Assembly (NCBI GenBank): GCA_964016885.1 | Contig: OZ024742.1 | Span: 348,812,001 to 348,876,000, forward strand | Direction: 5' to 3' | DNA length: 64,000 nucleotides | Source of the DNA: Eledone cirrhosa | Lineage: Eukaryota | Part shown: piece by piece, positions 29,601 to 44,500 of the stretch | How the letters are laid out: the number at the start of each line of letters is the position of its first letter | Numbering within the stretch: the first letter of the stretch is position 1 | Program-made: the position numbers and the translations under genes | Notes under the pieces: model-generated | What the model saw: only the letters and a program-made list of their open reading frames with translations | The model's database searches: none | Told to the model about the DNA's origin: nothing

Positions 29601-32568
29601 ATTGTAAAGCGCTCTATGTCTCAATATGGTGACATCATTGACAGTGTAACGCTCTGTATGTCTCAATATGGTGACATTATTGACAATGTAAAGCTCTCTA
29701 TGTCTCAATATGGTGACATTATTGACAGTGTAAAGCTCTCTATGTCTCAATATGGTGACATTATTGACACAGTGTAAAGCTCTCAATGTCTCAATATAGT
29801 AACATTATTGACACAGTGTAAAGCTCTCTAGGACTCAATATGGTGACATTATTGACAATGTAAAGCTCTCTATGTCTCAATATTCTGACATTATTGACAC
29901 ATTGTAAAGCGCTCTATGTCTCAATATGGTGACATTATTGACAGTGTAAAGCTCTCTATGTCTCAATATGGCGACATTATTGACAATGTAAAGCTCTCTA
30001 TGTCTCAATATGCTGACATTATTGACAGTGTAAAGCTCTCTATGTCTCAATATGGTGACATTATTGACACAGTGTAAAGCTCTCTATGTCTCAATACGGC
30101 GACATTATTGATACAGTGTAAAGCTATCTGTCTCAATATGGTGACATTATTGGTACAGTGTAAAGCTTCTATGTCTCAATATGGTGAGATTATTGACACA
30201 GTGTAAAACACTCTATGTCTCAATATGGTGACATTATTGACAATGTAAAGCTCTCTATGTCTCAATATGGTCACATTATTGACAGTGTAAAGCTCTATAT
30301 GTCTCAATATGGCGACATTATTAACAATGTAAAGCTCTCTATGTCTCAATATGGTGACATTATTGACAGTGTAAAGCTCTCTATGTCTCAATATGGTGAC
30401 GTTATTGACACATTGTAAAGCTTTCTATGTCTCAATATGGTGACATTATTGACAGTGTAAAGCTCTCTATGTCTCAATATGGTGGCATTATTGACAGTGT
30501 AAAACTCTCTATGTCTCAATATGGCGACATTATTGACAACGTAAAGCTCTCTATGTGTCAATATGGCGACATTATTGACAACGTAAAGCTCTCTATGTCT
30601 CAATATGGCGACATTATTGACAATGTAAAGCTCTCTATGTCTCAATATGGCGACATTATTGACAACCTAAAGCTCTCTATGTCTCAATATGGCGACATTA
30701 TTGACAGTGTAAAGCTCTCTATGTCTCAATATGGTGACATTATTGACACATTGTAAAGCTCTCTAGGTCTCAATATGGTGACATTATTGACAGGGTAAAG
30801 CTCTCTATGTCTCAATATGGTGACATTATTGACAATGTAAAGCTCTCTATGTCTCAATATGGTGACATTATTGACAATGTAAAGCTCTCTATGTCTCAAT
30901 ATGGTGATATTATTGACAATGTAAAGCTCTCTATGTCTCAATATGGCGACATTATTGACAAAGTAAAGCTCTCTATGTCTCAATATGGCGACATTATTGA
31001 CAGTGTAAAGCTCTCTATGTCTCAATATGGTGACATTATTGACACAGTGTAAATCTCTCAATGTCTCAGTATAGTAACATTATTGACACAGTGTAAAGCT
31101 CTCTAGGACTCAATATGGTGACATTATTGACAATGTAAAGCTCTCTATGTCTCAATATTCTGACATTATTGACACATTGTAAAGCGCTCTATGTCTCAAT
31201 ATGGTGACATCATTGACAGTGTAAAGCTCTGTATGTCTCAATATGGTGACATTATTGACAATGTAAAGCTCTCTATGTCTCAATATGGTGACATTATTGA
31301 CCGTGTAAAGCTATCATTGTCTCAATATGGCGACATTATTGACAATGTAAAGCTCTCTATGTCTCAATATAGTGACATTATTGACAGTGTAAAGCTCTCT
31401 ATGTCTCAATATGGCGACATTATTGATACAGTGTAAAGCTCTCTGTCTCAATATGGCGACATTATTGACAATGTAAAGCTTTCTATGTCTCAATATGGCG
31501 ACATTATTGACACAGTGTAAAGGTCTATATGTCTCAATATAGCGACATTATTGACAATGTAAAGCTCTCTATGTCTCAATATAGTGACATTATTGACAAT
31601 GTAAAGCTCTCTATGTCTCAATATAGCGCCATTATTGACAATGTAAAGCTCTCTATGTCTCAATATGGTGACATTATTGACAGTGTAAAGCTCTCTATGT
31701 CTCAATATCGCGACATTATTGACAGTGTAAAGCTCTCTATGTCTCAATATGGCGACATTATTGACACAGTGTAAAGCTCTCTATGTCTCAATATGGCGAC
31801 ATTATTGACAATGTAAATCATTCTATGTCTCAATATGGTGACATTATTGACATAGTGTAAAGCACTCTATGTCTCAATATGGCAACATTATTGACAATGT
31901 AAAGCTCTCTATGTCTCAATATGGCGACATTATTGACATAGTGTAAAGCTCTCTATGTCTCAATATGGTGATATTATTGACAGTGTAATGCTCTCTATGA
32001 TTCAATATAGCGACATTATTGACACAGTGTAAAGCTCTCTATGATTCAATATGGCGACATTATTGACACAGTGTAAAGCTCTCTATGTCTCAATATGGCG
32101 ACATTTTTGCTACAGTGTAGAGCTCTCTTTGTCTCAATATGGCGACATTATTGACAGTGTAAAACTCTCTATGTCTCAATATGGCGACATTATTGATACA
32201 GTGTAGAGCTCTCTATGTCTCAATATGGTGACATTATTGACACAGTGTAAAGCTCTCTATTTCTCAATATGGTGACATTATTGACACAGTGTAAAGCTCT
32301 CTAGGTCTCAACATGGTGACATTATTGACAGTGTAAAGCTCTCTATGTCTCAATATGGTGACATTATTGACACATTTTAAAGCTCTCTATGTCTCAATAT
32401 GGTGACACTATTGACAGTGTAAAGCTCTCTATGTCTTAATATGGCGACATTATTGACAATGTAAAGCTCTCTATGTCTCAATATGGTGACATTATTGACA
32501 ATTTAAAGCTCTCTATGTCTCAATATGGTGATTTTATTGACAATGTAAAGCTCTCTATGTCTCAATAT
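26608..32568 (+). repeat. Tandem duplication, unit 2943/2985 bp (copies 26608-29550 and 29551-~32535; second copy has one extra 42-mer)
   Basis: ORF pairs 26634/29577 and 27233/30176 (offset 2943), then 27741/30726, 28206/31191 and 28544/31529 (offset 2985). Private variants gtaacgct, aaaacact, ggtcac, ggtggc, tcagtatag, gaccgtgtaaagctatcatt and ggtgatttt. Confidence 0.92.
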
Positions 32569-35500
32569 GGTGACATTATTGACAATGTAAAGCTCTCTAT
32601 GTCTCAATATGGTGACATTATTGACCGTGTAAAGCTCTCATTGTCTCAATATGGCGACATTATTGACAATGTAAAGCTCTCTATGTCTCAATATGCTAAC
32701 ATTATTGACAGTGTAAAGCTCTCTATGTCTCAATATGGTGACATTATTGACACAGATTAAAGCTCTCTATGTCTCAATATGGCGACATTATTGATACAGT
32801 GTAAAGCTCTCTGTCTCAATATGGCGACATTATTGACAATGTAAAGCTTTCTATGTCTCAATATGGCGACATTATTGACACAGTGTAAAGGTCTATATGT
32901 CTCAATATAGCGACATTATTGACAATGTAAAGCTCTCTATGTCTCAATATAGCGCCATTATTGACAATGTAAAGCTCTCTCTGTCTCAATATACTGACAT
33001 TAGTGACAATGTAAAGCTCTCTATGTCTCAATATAGCGCCATTATTGACAATGTAAAGCTCTCTATGTCTCAATATGGTGACATTATTGACAGTGTAAAG
33101 CTCTCTATGTCTCAATATCGCGACATTATTGACAGTGTAAAGCTCTCTATGTCTCAATATGGCGACATTATTGACACAGTGTAAAGGTCTCTATATCACA
33201 ATATGGCGACATTATTGACAATGTAAAGCTCTCTGTCTCAATATGGTGACATTATTGACACAGTGTAAAGCTCTCTATGTCTCAATATGGCGACATTATT
33301 GACAATGTAAATCATTCTATGTCTCAATATGGTAACATTATTGACATAGTGTAAAGCTCTCTATGATTCAATATGGCGACATTATTGACACAGTGTAAAG
33401 CTCTCTATGTCTCAATATCGCGACATTATTGACAGTGTAAAGCTCTCTATGTCTCAATATGGCGACATTATTGACACAGTGTAAAGGTCTCTATATCACA
33501 ATATGGCGACATTATTGACAATGTAAAGCTCTCTATGTCTCAATATGGCGACATTATTGACACAGTATAAAGCTCTCTATGTCTCAATATGGTGATATTA
33601 TTGACAGTGTAAAGCTCTCTATGATTCAATATAGCGACATTATTGACACAGTGTAAAGCTCTCTATGATTCAATATGGCGACATTATTGACACAGTGTAA
33701 AGCTCTCTATGTCTCAATATGGCGACATTTTTGCTACAGTGTAGAGCTCTCTTTGTCTCAATATGGCGACATTATTGACAGTGTAAAGCTCTCTATGTCT
33801 CAATATGGCGACATTATTGATACAGTGTAGAGCTCTCTATGTCTCAATATGGTGACATTATTGACACAGTGTAAAGCTCTCTATTTCTCAATATGGTGAC
33901 ATTATTGACACAGTGTAAAGCTCTCTAGGTCTCAACATGGTGACATTATTGACAGTGTAAAGCTCCCTATGTCTCAATATGGTGACATTATTGACACATT
34001 TTAAAGCTCTCTATGTCTCAATATGGTGACATTATTGACAGTGTAAAGCTCTCTATGTCTTAATATGGCGACATTATTGACAATGTAAAGCTCTCTATGT
34101 CTCAATATGGTGACATTATTGACAATGTAAAGCTCTCTATGTCTCAATATGGTGATATTATTGACAATGTAAAGCTCTCTATGTCTCAATATGGCGACAT
34201 TATTGACAATGTAAAGCTCTCTATGTCTCAATATGGCGATATTATTGACGGTGTAAAGCTCTCTATGTCTCAATATGGTGACATTATTGACACAGTGTAA
34301 AGCTCTCAATGTCTCAATATAGTAACATTATTGACACAGTGTAAAGCTCTCTAGGACTCAATATGGTGACACTATTGACAACGTAAAGCTCTCTATGTCT
34401 CAATATGGCGACATTATTGACAATGTAAAGCTCTCTATGTCTAAATATGGCGACATTATTGACAATGTAAAGCTCTCTATGTCTCAATATGGTGACATTA
34501 TTGACAGTGTAAAGCTCTCTATGTCTCAATATGGCGACATTATTGACAATGTAAAGCTTTCTATGTCTCAATATGGCGACATTATTGACACAGTGTAAAG
34601 CTCTCTATGTCTCAATATAGCGACATTATTGACAATGTAAAGCTCTGTATGTCTCAATATAGTGACATTATTGACAATGTAAAGCTCTCTATGTCTCAAT
34701 ATAGCGCCATTATTGACAATGTAAAGCTCTCTATGTCTCAATATGGTGACATTATTGACAGTGTAAAGCTCTCTATGTCTCAATATGGCGACATTATTGA
34801 CACAGTGTAAAGCTCTCTATGTCTCAATATGGTGATATTATTGACAGTGTAAAGCTCTCTATGATTCAATATAGCGACATTATTGACACAGTGTAAAATC
34901 TCTCTATGTCTCAATATGGTGACATTATTGACACAGTGTAAAGCTCTCTATGTCTCAATATGGCGACATTATTGGTACAGTGTAAAGCTTCTATGTCTCA
35001 ATATGGTGAGTTTATTGACACAGTGTAAAGCTCTCTATGTCTCAATATGGTGACATTATTGACAATGTAAAGCTCTCTATGTCTCAATATGGTGACATTA
35101 TTGACAGTGTAAAGCCCTCTATGTCTCAATATGGCGACATTATTAACAATGTAAAGCTCTCTATGTCTCAATATGGTGACATTATTGACAGTGTAAAGCT
35201 CTCTATGTCTCAATATGGTGACATTATTGACACATTGTAAAGCTTTCTATGTCTCAATATGGTGAAATTATTGACAGTGTAAAACTCTCTATGTCTCAAT
35301 ATGGTGACATTATTGACAACGTAAAGCTCTCTATGTGTCAATATGGCGACATTATTGACAATATAAAGCTCTCTATGTCTCAATATGGCGACATTATTGA
35401 CAATGTAATGTTCTCTATGTCTCAATATGGCGACATTATTGACAACGTAAAGCTCTCTATGTCTCAATATGGCGACATTATTGACAGTGTAAAGCTCTCT

Positions 35501-38500
35501 ATGTCTCAATATGCTGACATTATTGACACATTGTAAAGCTCTCTAGGTCTCAATATGGTGACATTATTGACAGGGTAAAGCTCTCTATGTCTCAATATGG
35601 TGACATTATTGACACATGTTAAAGCTCTCTATGTCTCAATATGGTGACATTATTGACAGTGTAAAGCTCTCTATGTCTTAATATGGCGACATTATTGAAA
35701 ATGCAAAGCTCTCTATGTCTCAATATGGTGAACTTATTGACAATGTAAAGCTCTCTATGTCTCAATATGGTGATATTATTGACAATGTAAAGCTCTCTAT
35801 GTCTCAATATGGCGACATTATTGACTGTGTAAAGCTCTCTATGTCTCAATATGGTGACATTATTGACACAGTGTAAAGCTCTCAATGTCTCAATATAGTA
35901 ACATTATTGACACAGTGTAAAGCTCTCTAGGACCCAATATGGTGACATTATTGACAATGTGAAGCTCTGTATGTCTCAATATTCTGACATTATTGACACA
36001 TTGTAAAGCGCTCTATGTCTCAATATGGTGACATCATTGACAGTGTAAAGCTCTGTATGTCTCAATATGGTGACATTATTGACAATGTAAAGCTCTCTAT
36101 GTCTCAATATGGTGACATTATTGACAGTGTAAAGCCCTCTATGTCTCAATATGGTGACATTATTGACAGTGTAAAGCTCTCATTGTCTCAATATGGCGAC
36201 ATTATTGACAATGTAAAGCTCTCTATGTCTCAATATGGTGACATTATTGACAGTGTAAAGCTCTCTATGTCTCAATATGGCGACATTATTGACAATGTAA
36301 AGCTCTCTATGTCTCAATATGCTGACATTATTGACAGTGTAAAGCTCTTTATGTCTCAATATGGTGACATTATTGACAATGTAATGCTCTCTATGTCTCA
36401 ATATGGTGACATTATTGACAGTGTAAAACTCTCTATGTCTCAATATGGTGACATTATTGACAAATTGTAAAGCGCTCTATGTCTCAATATGGTGATATTA
36501 TTGACAGTGTAAAGCTCTCTATGATTCAATATAGCGACATTATTGACACAGTGTTAAGCTCTCTATGTCTCAATATGGCGACATTATTGACACAGTGTAA
36601 AATCTCTCTATGTCTCAATGTGGTGACATTATTGACACAGTGTAAAGCTCTCTATGTCTCAATATGGCGATATTATTGACACAGTGTAAAGCTCTCTATG
36701 TCTCAATATGGCGACATTTTTGCTACAGTGTAGAGCTCTCTTTGTCTCGATATGGCGACATTATTGACAGTGTAAAGCTCTCTATGTCTCAATATGGCGT
36801 CATTATTGATACAGTGTAGAGCTCTCTATGTCTCAATATGGTGACATTATTGACACAGTGTAAAGCTCTCTATTTCTTAATATGGTGACATTATTGACAC
36901 AATGTAAAGCTCTCTAGGTCTCAATATGGTGACATTATTGACAGGGTAAAGCTCTCTATGTCTCAATATGGTGACATTATTGACACATTCAAAGCACTCT
37001 ATGTCTCAATATGGCGACGTTATTGACAAAGTAAAGCCCTCTATGTCTTAATATGGCGACATTATTGACAGTGTAAAGCTCTCTATGTCTCAATATGGTG
37101 ACATTATTGACACAGTGTAAAGCTCTCAATGTCACAATATAGTAACATTATTGACACAGTGTAAAGCTCTCTAGGACTCAATATGGTGACATTATTGACA
37201 ATGTAAAGCTCTCTATGTCTCAATATTCTGACATTATTGACACATTGTAAAGCGCTCTATGTCTCAATATGGTGACATCATTGACAGTGTAAAGCTCTGT
37301 ATGTCTCAATATGGTGACATTATTGACAATGTAAAGCTCTCTATGTCTCAATATGGTGACATTATTGACAGTGTAAAGCCCTCTATGTCTCAATATGTTG
37401 ACATTATTGACAGTGTAAAGCTCTCATTGTCTCAATATGGCGACATTATTGACAAGGTAAAGCTCTCTATGTCTCAATATGGCGACATTATTGACACATT
37501 GTAAAGCGCTCTATGTCTCAATATGGTGACATCATTGACAGTGTAAAGCTCTGTATGTCTCAATATGGTGACATTATTGACAATGTAAAGCTTTCTATGT
37601 CTCAATATGGTGACATTATTGACAGTGTAAAGCTCTCTATGTCTCAATATGGTGACATTATTGACACAGTGTAAAGCTCTCAATGTCTCAATATAGTAAC
37701 ATTATTGACACAGTGTAAAGCTCTCTAGGACTCAATATGGTGACATTATTGACAATGTAAAGATCTCTATGTCTCAATATTCTGACATTATTGACACATT
37801 GTAAAGCGCTCTATGTCTCAATATGGCGACATTATTGGTACAGTGTAAAGCTTCTATGTCTCAATATGGTGAGTTTATTGACACAGTGTAAAGCTCTCTA
37901 TGTCTCAATATGGTGACATTATTGACAATGTAAAGCTCTCTATGTCTCAATATGGTGACATTATTGACAGTGTAAAGCCCTCTATGTCTCAATATGGCGA
38001 CATTATTAACAATGTAAAGCTCTCTATGTCTCAATATGGTGACATTATTGACAGTGTAAAGCTCTCTATGTCTCAATATGGTGACATTATTGACACATTG
38101 TAAAGCTTTCTATGTCTCAATATGGTGAAATTATTGACAGTGTAAAACTCTCTATGTCTCAATATGGTGACATTATTGACAACGTAAAGCTCTCTATGTG
38201 TCAATATGGCGACATTATTGACAATATAAAGCTCTCTATGTCTCAATATGGCGACATTATTGACAATGTAAAGTTCTCTATGTCTCAATATGGTGATATT
38301 ATTGACAATGTAAAGCTCTGTATGTCTCAATATGGCGACATTATTGACAACGTAAAGCTCTCTATGTCTCAATATGGCGACATTATTGACAGTGTAAAGC
38401 TCTCTATGTCTCAATATGCTGACATTATTGACACATTGTAAAGCTCTCTAGGTCTCAATATGGTGACATTATTGACAGGGTAAAGCTCTCTATGTCTCAA

Positions 38501-41500
38501 TATGGTGACATTATTGACACATGTTAAAGCTCTCTATGTCTCAATATGGTGACATTATTGACAGTGTAAAGCTCTCTATGTCTTAATATGGCGACATTAT
38601 TGAAAATGTAAAGCTCTCTATGTCTCAATATGGTGAACTTATTGACAATGTAAAGCTCTCTATGTCTCAATATGGTGATATTATTGACAATGTAAAGCTC
38701 TCTATGTCTCAATATGGCGACATTATTGACAGTGTAAAGCTCTCTATGTCTCAATATGGTGACATTATTGACACAATGTAAAGCTCTCAATGTCTCAATA
38801 TAGTAACATTATTGACACAGTGTAAAGCTCTCTAGGACCCAATATGGTGACATTATTGACAATGTGAAGCTCTGTATGTCTCAATATTCTGACATTATTG
38901 ACACATTGTAAAGCGCTCTATGTCTCAATATGGTGACATCATTGACAGTGTAAAGCTCTGTATGTCTCAATATGGTGACATTATTGACAATGTAAAGCTC
39001 TCTATGTCTCAATATGGTGACATTATTGACAGTGTAAAGCCCTCTATGTCTCAATATGGTGACATTATTGACAGTGTAAAGCTCTCATTGTCTCAATATG
39101 GCGACATTATTGACAATGTAAAGCTCTCTATGTCTCAATATGGTGACATTATTGACAGTGTAAAGCTCTCTACGTCTCAATATGGCGACATTATTGACAA
39201 TGTAAAGCTCTCTATGTCTCAATATGCTGACATTATTGACAGTGTAAAGCTCTCTATGTCTCAATATGGCGACGTTATTGACAAAGTAAAGCCCTCTATG
39301 TCTTAATATGGCGACATTATTGACAGTGTAAAGCTCTCTATGTCTCAATATGGTGACATTATTGACACAGTGTAAAGCTCTCAATGCCACAATATAGTAA
39401 CATTATTGACACAGTGTAAAGCTCTCTAGGACTCAATATAGTGACATTATTGACAATGTAAAGCTCTCTATGTCTCAATATTCTGACATTATTGACACAT
39501 TGTAAAGCGCTCTATGTCTCAATATGGTGACATCATTGACAGTGTAAAGCTCTCTATGTCTCAATATGGTGACATTATTGACAATGTAAAGCTCTCTATG
39601 TCTCAATATGGTGACATTATTGACAGTGTAAAGCCCTCTATGTCTCAATATGGTGACATTATTGACAGTGTAAAGCTCTCATTGTCTCAATATGGCGACA
39701 TTATTGACAAGGTAAAGCTCTCTATGTCTCAATATGGCGACATTATTGACACATTGTAAAGCGCTCTATGTCTCAATATGGTGACATCATTGACAGTGTA
39801 AAGCTCTGTATGTCTCAATATGGTGACATTATTGACAATGTAAAGCTTTCTATGTCTCAATATGGTGACATTATTGACAGTGTAAAGCTCTCTATGTTTC
39901 AATATGGTGACATTATTGACACAGTGTAAAGCTCTCAATGTCTCAATATAGTAACATTATTGACACAGTGTAAAGCTCTCTAGGACTCAATATGGTGACA
40001 TTATTGACAATGTAAAGATCTCTATGTCTCAATATTCTGACATTATTGACACATTGTAAAGCGCTCTATGTCTCAATATGGTGACCTTATTGACAGTGTA
40101 AAGCTCTCTATGTCTCAATATGGCGACATTATTGACAATGTAAAGCTCTCTATGTCTCAATATTCTGACATTATTGACAGTGTAAAGCTCTCTATGTCTC
40201 AATATGGTGACATTATTGCCACAGTGTAAAGCTCTCTATGTCTCAATATGGCGATATTATTGATACAGTGTAAAGCTATCTGTCTCAATATGGCGACATT
40301 TTTGCTACAGTGTAGAGCTCTCTTTGTCTCAATATGGCGACATTATTGACAGTGTAAAACTCTCTATGTCTCAATATGGCGACATTATTGATACAGTGTA
40401 GAGCTCTCTATGTCTCAATATGGTGACATTATTGACACAGTGTAAAGCTCTCTATTTCTCAATATGGTGACATTATTGACACAGTGTAAAGCTCTCTAGG
40501 TCTCAACATGGTGACATTATTGACAGTGTAAAGCTCTCTATGTCTCAATATGGTGACATTATTGACACATTTTAAAGCTCTCTATGTCTCAATATGGTGA
40601 CACTATTGACAGTGTAAAGCTCTCTATGTCTTAATATGGCGACATTATTGACAATGTAAAGCTCTCTATGTCTCAATATGGTGACATTATTGACAATTTA
40701 AAGCTCTCTATGTCTCAATATGGTGATTTTATTGACAATGTAAAGCTCTCTATGTCTCAATATGGTGACATTATTGACAATGTAAAGCTCTCTATGTCTC
40801 AATATGGTGACATTATTGACCGTGTAAAGCTCTCATTGTCTCAATATGGCGACATTATTGACAATGTAAAGCTCTCTATGTCTCAATATGCTAACATTAT
40901 TGACAGTGTAAAGCTCTCTATGTCTCAATATGGTGACATTATTGACACAGATTAAAGCTCTCTATGTCTCAATATGGCGACATTATTGATACAGTGTAAA
41001 GCTCTCTGTCTCAATATGGCGACATTATTGACAATGTAAAGCTTTCTATGTCTCAATATGGCGACATTATTGACACAGTGTAAAGGTCTATATGTCTCAA
41101 TATAGCGACATTATTGACAATGTAAAGCTCTCTATGTCTCAATATAGCGCCATTATTGACAATGTAAAGCTCTCTCTGTCTCAATATACTGACATTAGTG
41201 ACAATGTAAAGCTCTCTATGTCTCAATATAGCGCCATTATTGACAATGTAAAGCTCTCTATGTCTCAATATGGTGACATTATTGACAGTGTAAAGCTCTC
41301 TATGTCTCAATATCGCGACATTATTGACAGTGTAAAGCTCTCTATGTCTCAATATGGCGACATTATTGACACAGTGTAAAGGTCTCTATATCACAATATG
41401 GCGACATTATTGACAATGTAAAGCTCTCTGTCTCAATATGGTGACATTATTGACACAGTGTAAAGCTCTCTATGTCTCAATATGGCGACATTATTGACAA

Positions 41501-44500
41501 TGTAAATCATTCTATGTCTCAATATGGTGACATTATTGACATAGTGTAAAGCTCTCTATGATTCAATATGGCGACATTATTGACACAGTGTAAAGCTCTC
41601 TATGTCTCAATATCGCGACATTATTGACAGTGTAAAGCTCTCTATGTCTCAATATGGCGACATTATTGACACAGTGTAAAGGTCTCTATATCACAATATG
41701 GCGACATTATTGACAATGTAAAGCTCTCTATGTCTCAATATGGCGACATTATTGACACAGTATAAAGCTCTCTATGTCTCAATATGGTGATATTATTGAC
41801 AGTGTAAAGCTCTCTATGATTCAATATAGCGACATTATTGACACAGTGTAAAGCTCTCTATGATTCAATATGGCGACATTATTGACACAGTGTAAAGCTC
41901 TCTATGTCTCAATATGGCGACATTTTTGCTACAGTGTAGAGCTCTCTTTGTCTCAATATGGCGACATTATTGACAGTGTAAAGCTCTCTATGTCTCAATA
42001 TGGCGACATTATTGATACAGTGTAGAGCTCTCTATGTCTCAATATGGTGACATTATTGACACAGTGTAAAGCTCTCTATTTCTCAATATGGTGACATTAT
42101 TGACACAGTGTAAAGCTCTCTAGGTCTCAACATGGTGACATTATTGACAGTGTAAAGCTCCCTATGTCTCAATATGGTGACATTATTGATACATTTTAAA
42201 GCTCTCTATGTCTCAATATGGTGACATTATTGACAGTGTAAAGCTCTCTATGTCTTAATATGGCGACATTATTGACAATGTAAAGCTCTCTATGTCTCAA
42301 TATGGTGACATTATTGACAATGTAAAGCTCTCTATGTCTCAATATGGTGATATTATTGACAATGTAAAGCTCTCTATGTCTCAATATGGCGACATTATTG
42401 ACAATGTAAAGCTCTCTATGTCTCAATATGGCGATATTATTGACGGTGTAAAGCTCTCTATGTCTCAATATGGTGACATTATTGACACAGTGTAAAGCTC
42501 TCAATGTCTCAATATAGTAACATTATTGACACAGTGTAAAGCTCTCTAGGACTCAATATGGTGACACTATTGACAACGTAAAGCTCTCTATGTCTCAATA
42601 TGGCGACATTATTGACAATGTAAAGCTCTCTATGTCTAAATATGGCGACATTATTGACAATGTAAAGCTCTCTATGTCTCAATATGGTGACATTATTGAC
42701 AGTGTAAAGCTCTCTATGTCTCAATATGGCGACATTATTGACAATGTAAAGCTTTCTATGTCTCAATATGGCGACATTATTGACACAGTGTAAAGCTCTC
42801 TATGTCTCAATATAGCGACATTATTGACAATGTAAAGCTCTGTATGTCTCAATATAGTGACATTATTGACAATGTAAAGCTCTCTATGTCTCAATATAGC
42901 GCCATTATTGACAATGTAAAGCTCTCTATGTCTCAATATGGTGACATTATTGACAGTGTAAAGCTCTCTATGTCTCAATATGGCGACATTATTGACACAG
43001 TGTAAAGCTCTCTATGTCTCAATATGGTGATATTATTGACAGTGTAAAGCTCTCTATGATTCAATATAGCGACATTATTGACACAGTGTAAAATCTCTCT
43101 ATGTCTCAATATGGTGACATTATTGACACAGTGTAAAGCTCTCTATGTCTCAATATGGCGACATTATTGGTACAGTGTAAAGCTTCTATGTCTCAATATG
43201 GTGAGTTTATTGACACAGTGTAAAGCTCTCTATGTCTCAATATGGTGACATTATTGACAATGTAAAGCTCTCTATGTCTCAATATGGTGACATTATTGAC
43301 AGTGTAAGGCCCTCTATGTCTCAATATGGCGACATTATTAACAATGTAAAGCTCTCTATGTCTCAATATGGTGACATTATTGACAGTGTAAAGCTCTCTA
43401 TGTCTCAATATGGTGACATTATTGACACATTGTAAAGCTTTCTATGTCTCAATATGGTGAAATTATTGACAGTGTAAAACTCTCTATGTCTCAATATGGT
43501 GACATTATTGACAACGTAAAGCTCTCTATGTGTCAATATGGCGACATTATTGACAATATAAAGCTCTCTATGTCTCAATATGGCGACATTATTGACAATG
43601 TAATGTTCTCTATGTCTCAATATGGCGACATTATTGACAACGTAAAGCTCTCTATGTCTCAATATGGCGACATTATTGACAGTGTAAAGCTCTCTATGTC
43701 TCAATATGCTGACATTATTGACACATTGTAAAGCTCTCTAGGTCTCAATATGGTGACATTATTGACAGGGTAAAGCTCTCTATGTCTCAATATGGTGACA
43801 TTATTGACACATGTTAAAGCTCTCTATGTCTCAATATGGTGACATTATTGACAGTGTAAAGCTCTCTATGTCTTAATATGGCGACATTATTGAAAATGCA
43901 AAGCTCTCTATGTCTCAATATGGTGAACTTATTGACAATGTAAAGCTCTCTATGTCTCAATATGGTGATATTATTGACAATGTAAAGCTCTCTATGTCTC
44001 AATATGGCGACATTATTGACTGTGTAAAGCTCTCTATGTCTCAATATGGTGACATTATTGACACAGTGTAAAGCTCTCAATGTCTCAATATAGTAACATT
44101 ATTGACACAGTGTAAAGCTCTCTAGGACCCAATATGGTGACATTATTGACAATGTGAAGCTCTGTATGTCTCAATATTCTGACATTATTGACACATTGTA
44201 AAGCGCTCTATGTCTCAATATGGTGACATCATTGACAGTGTAAAGCTCTGTATGTCTCAATATGGTGACATTATTGACAATGTAAAGCTCTCTATGTCTC
44301 AATATGGTGACATTATTGACAGTGTAAAGCCCTCTATGTCTCAATATGGTGACATTATTGACAGTGTAAAGCTCTCATTGTCTCAATATGGCGACATTAT
44401 TGACAATGTAAAGCTCTCTATGTCTCAATATGGTGACATTATTGACAGTGTAAAGCTCTCTATGTCTCAATATGGCGACATTATTGACAATGTAAAGCTC

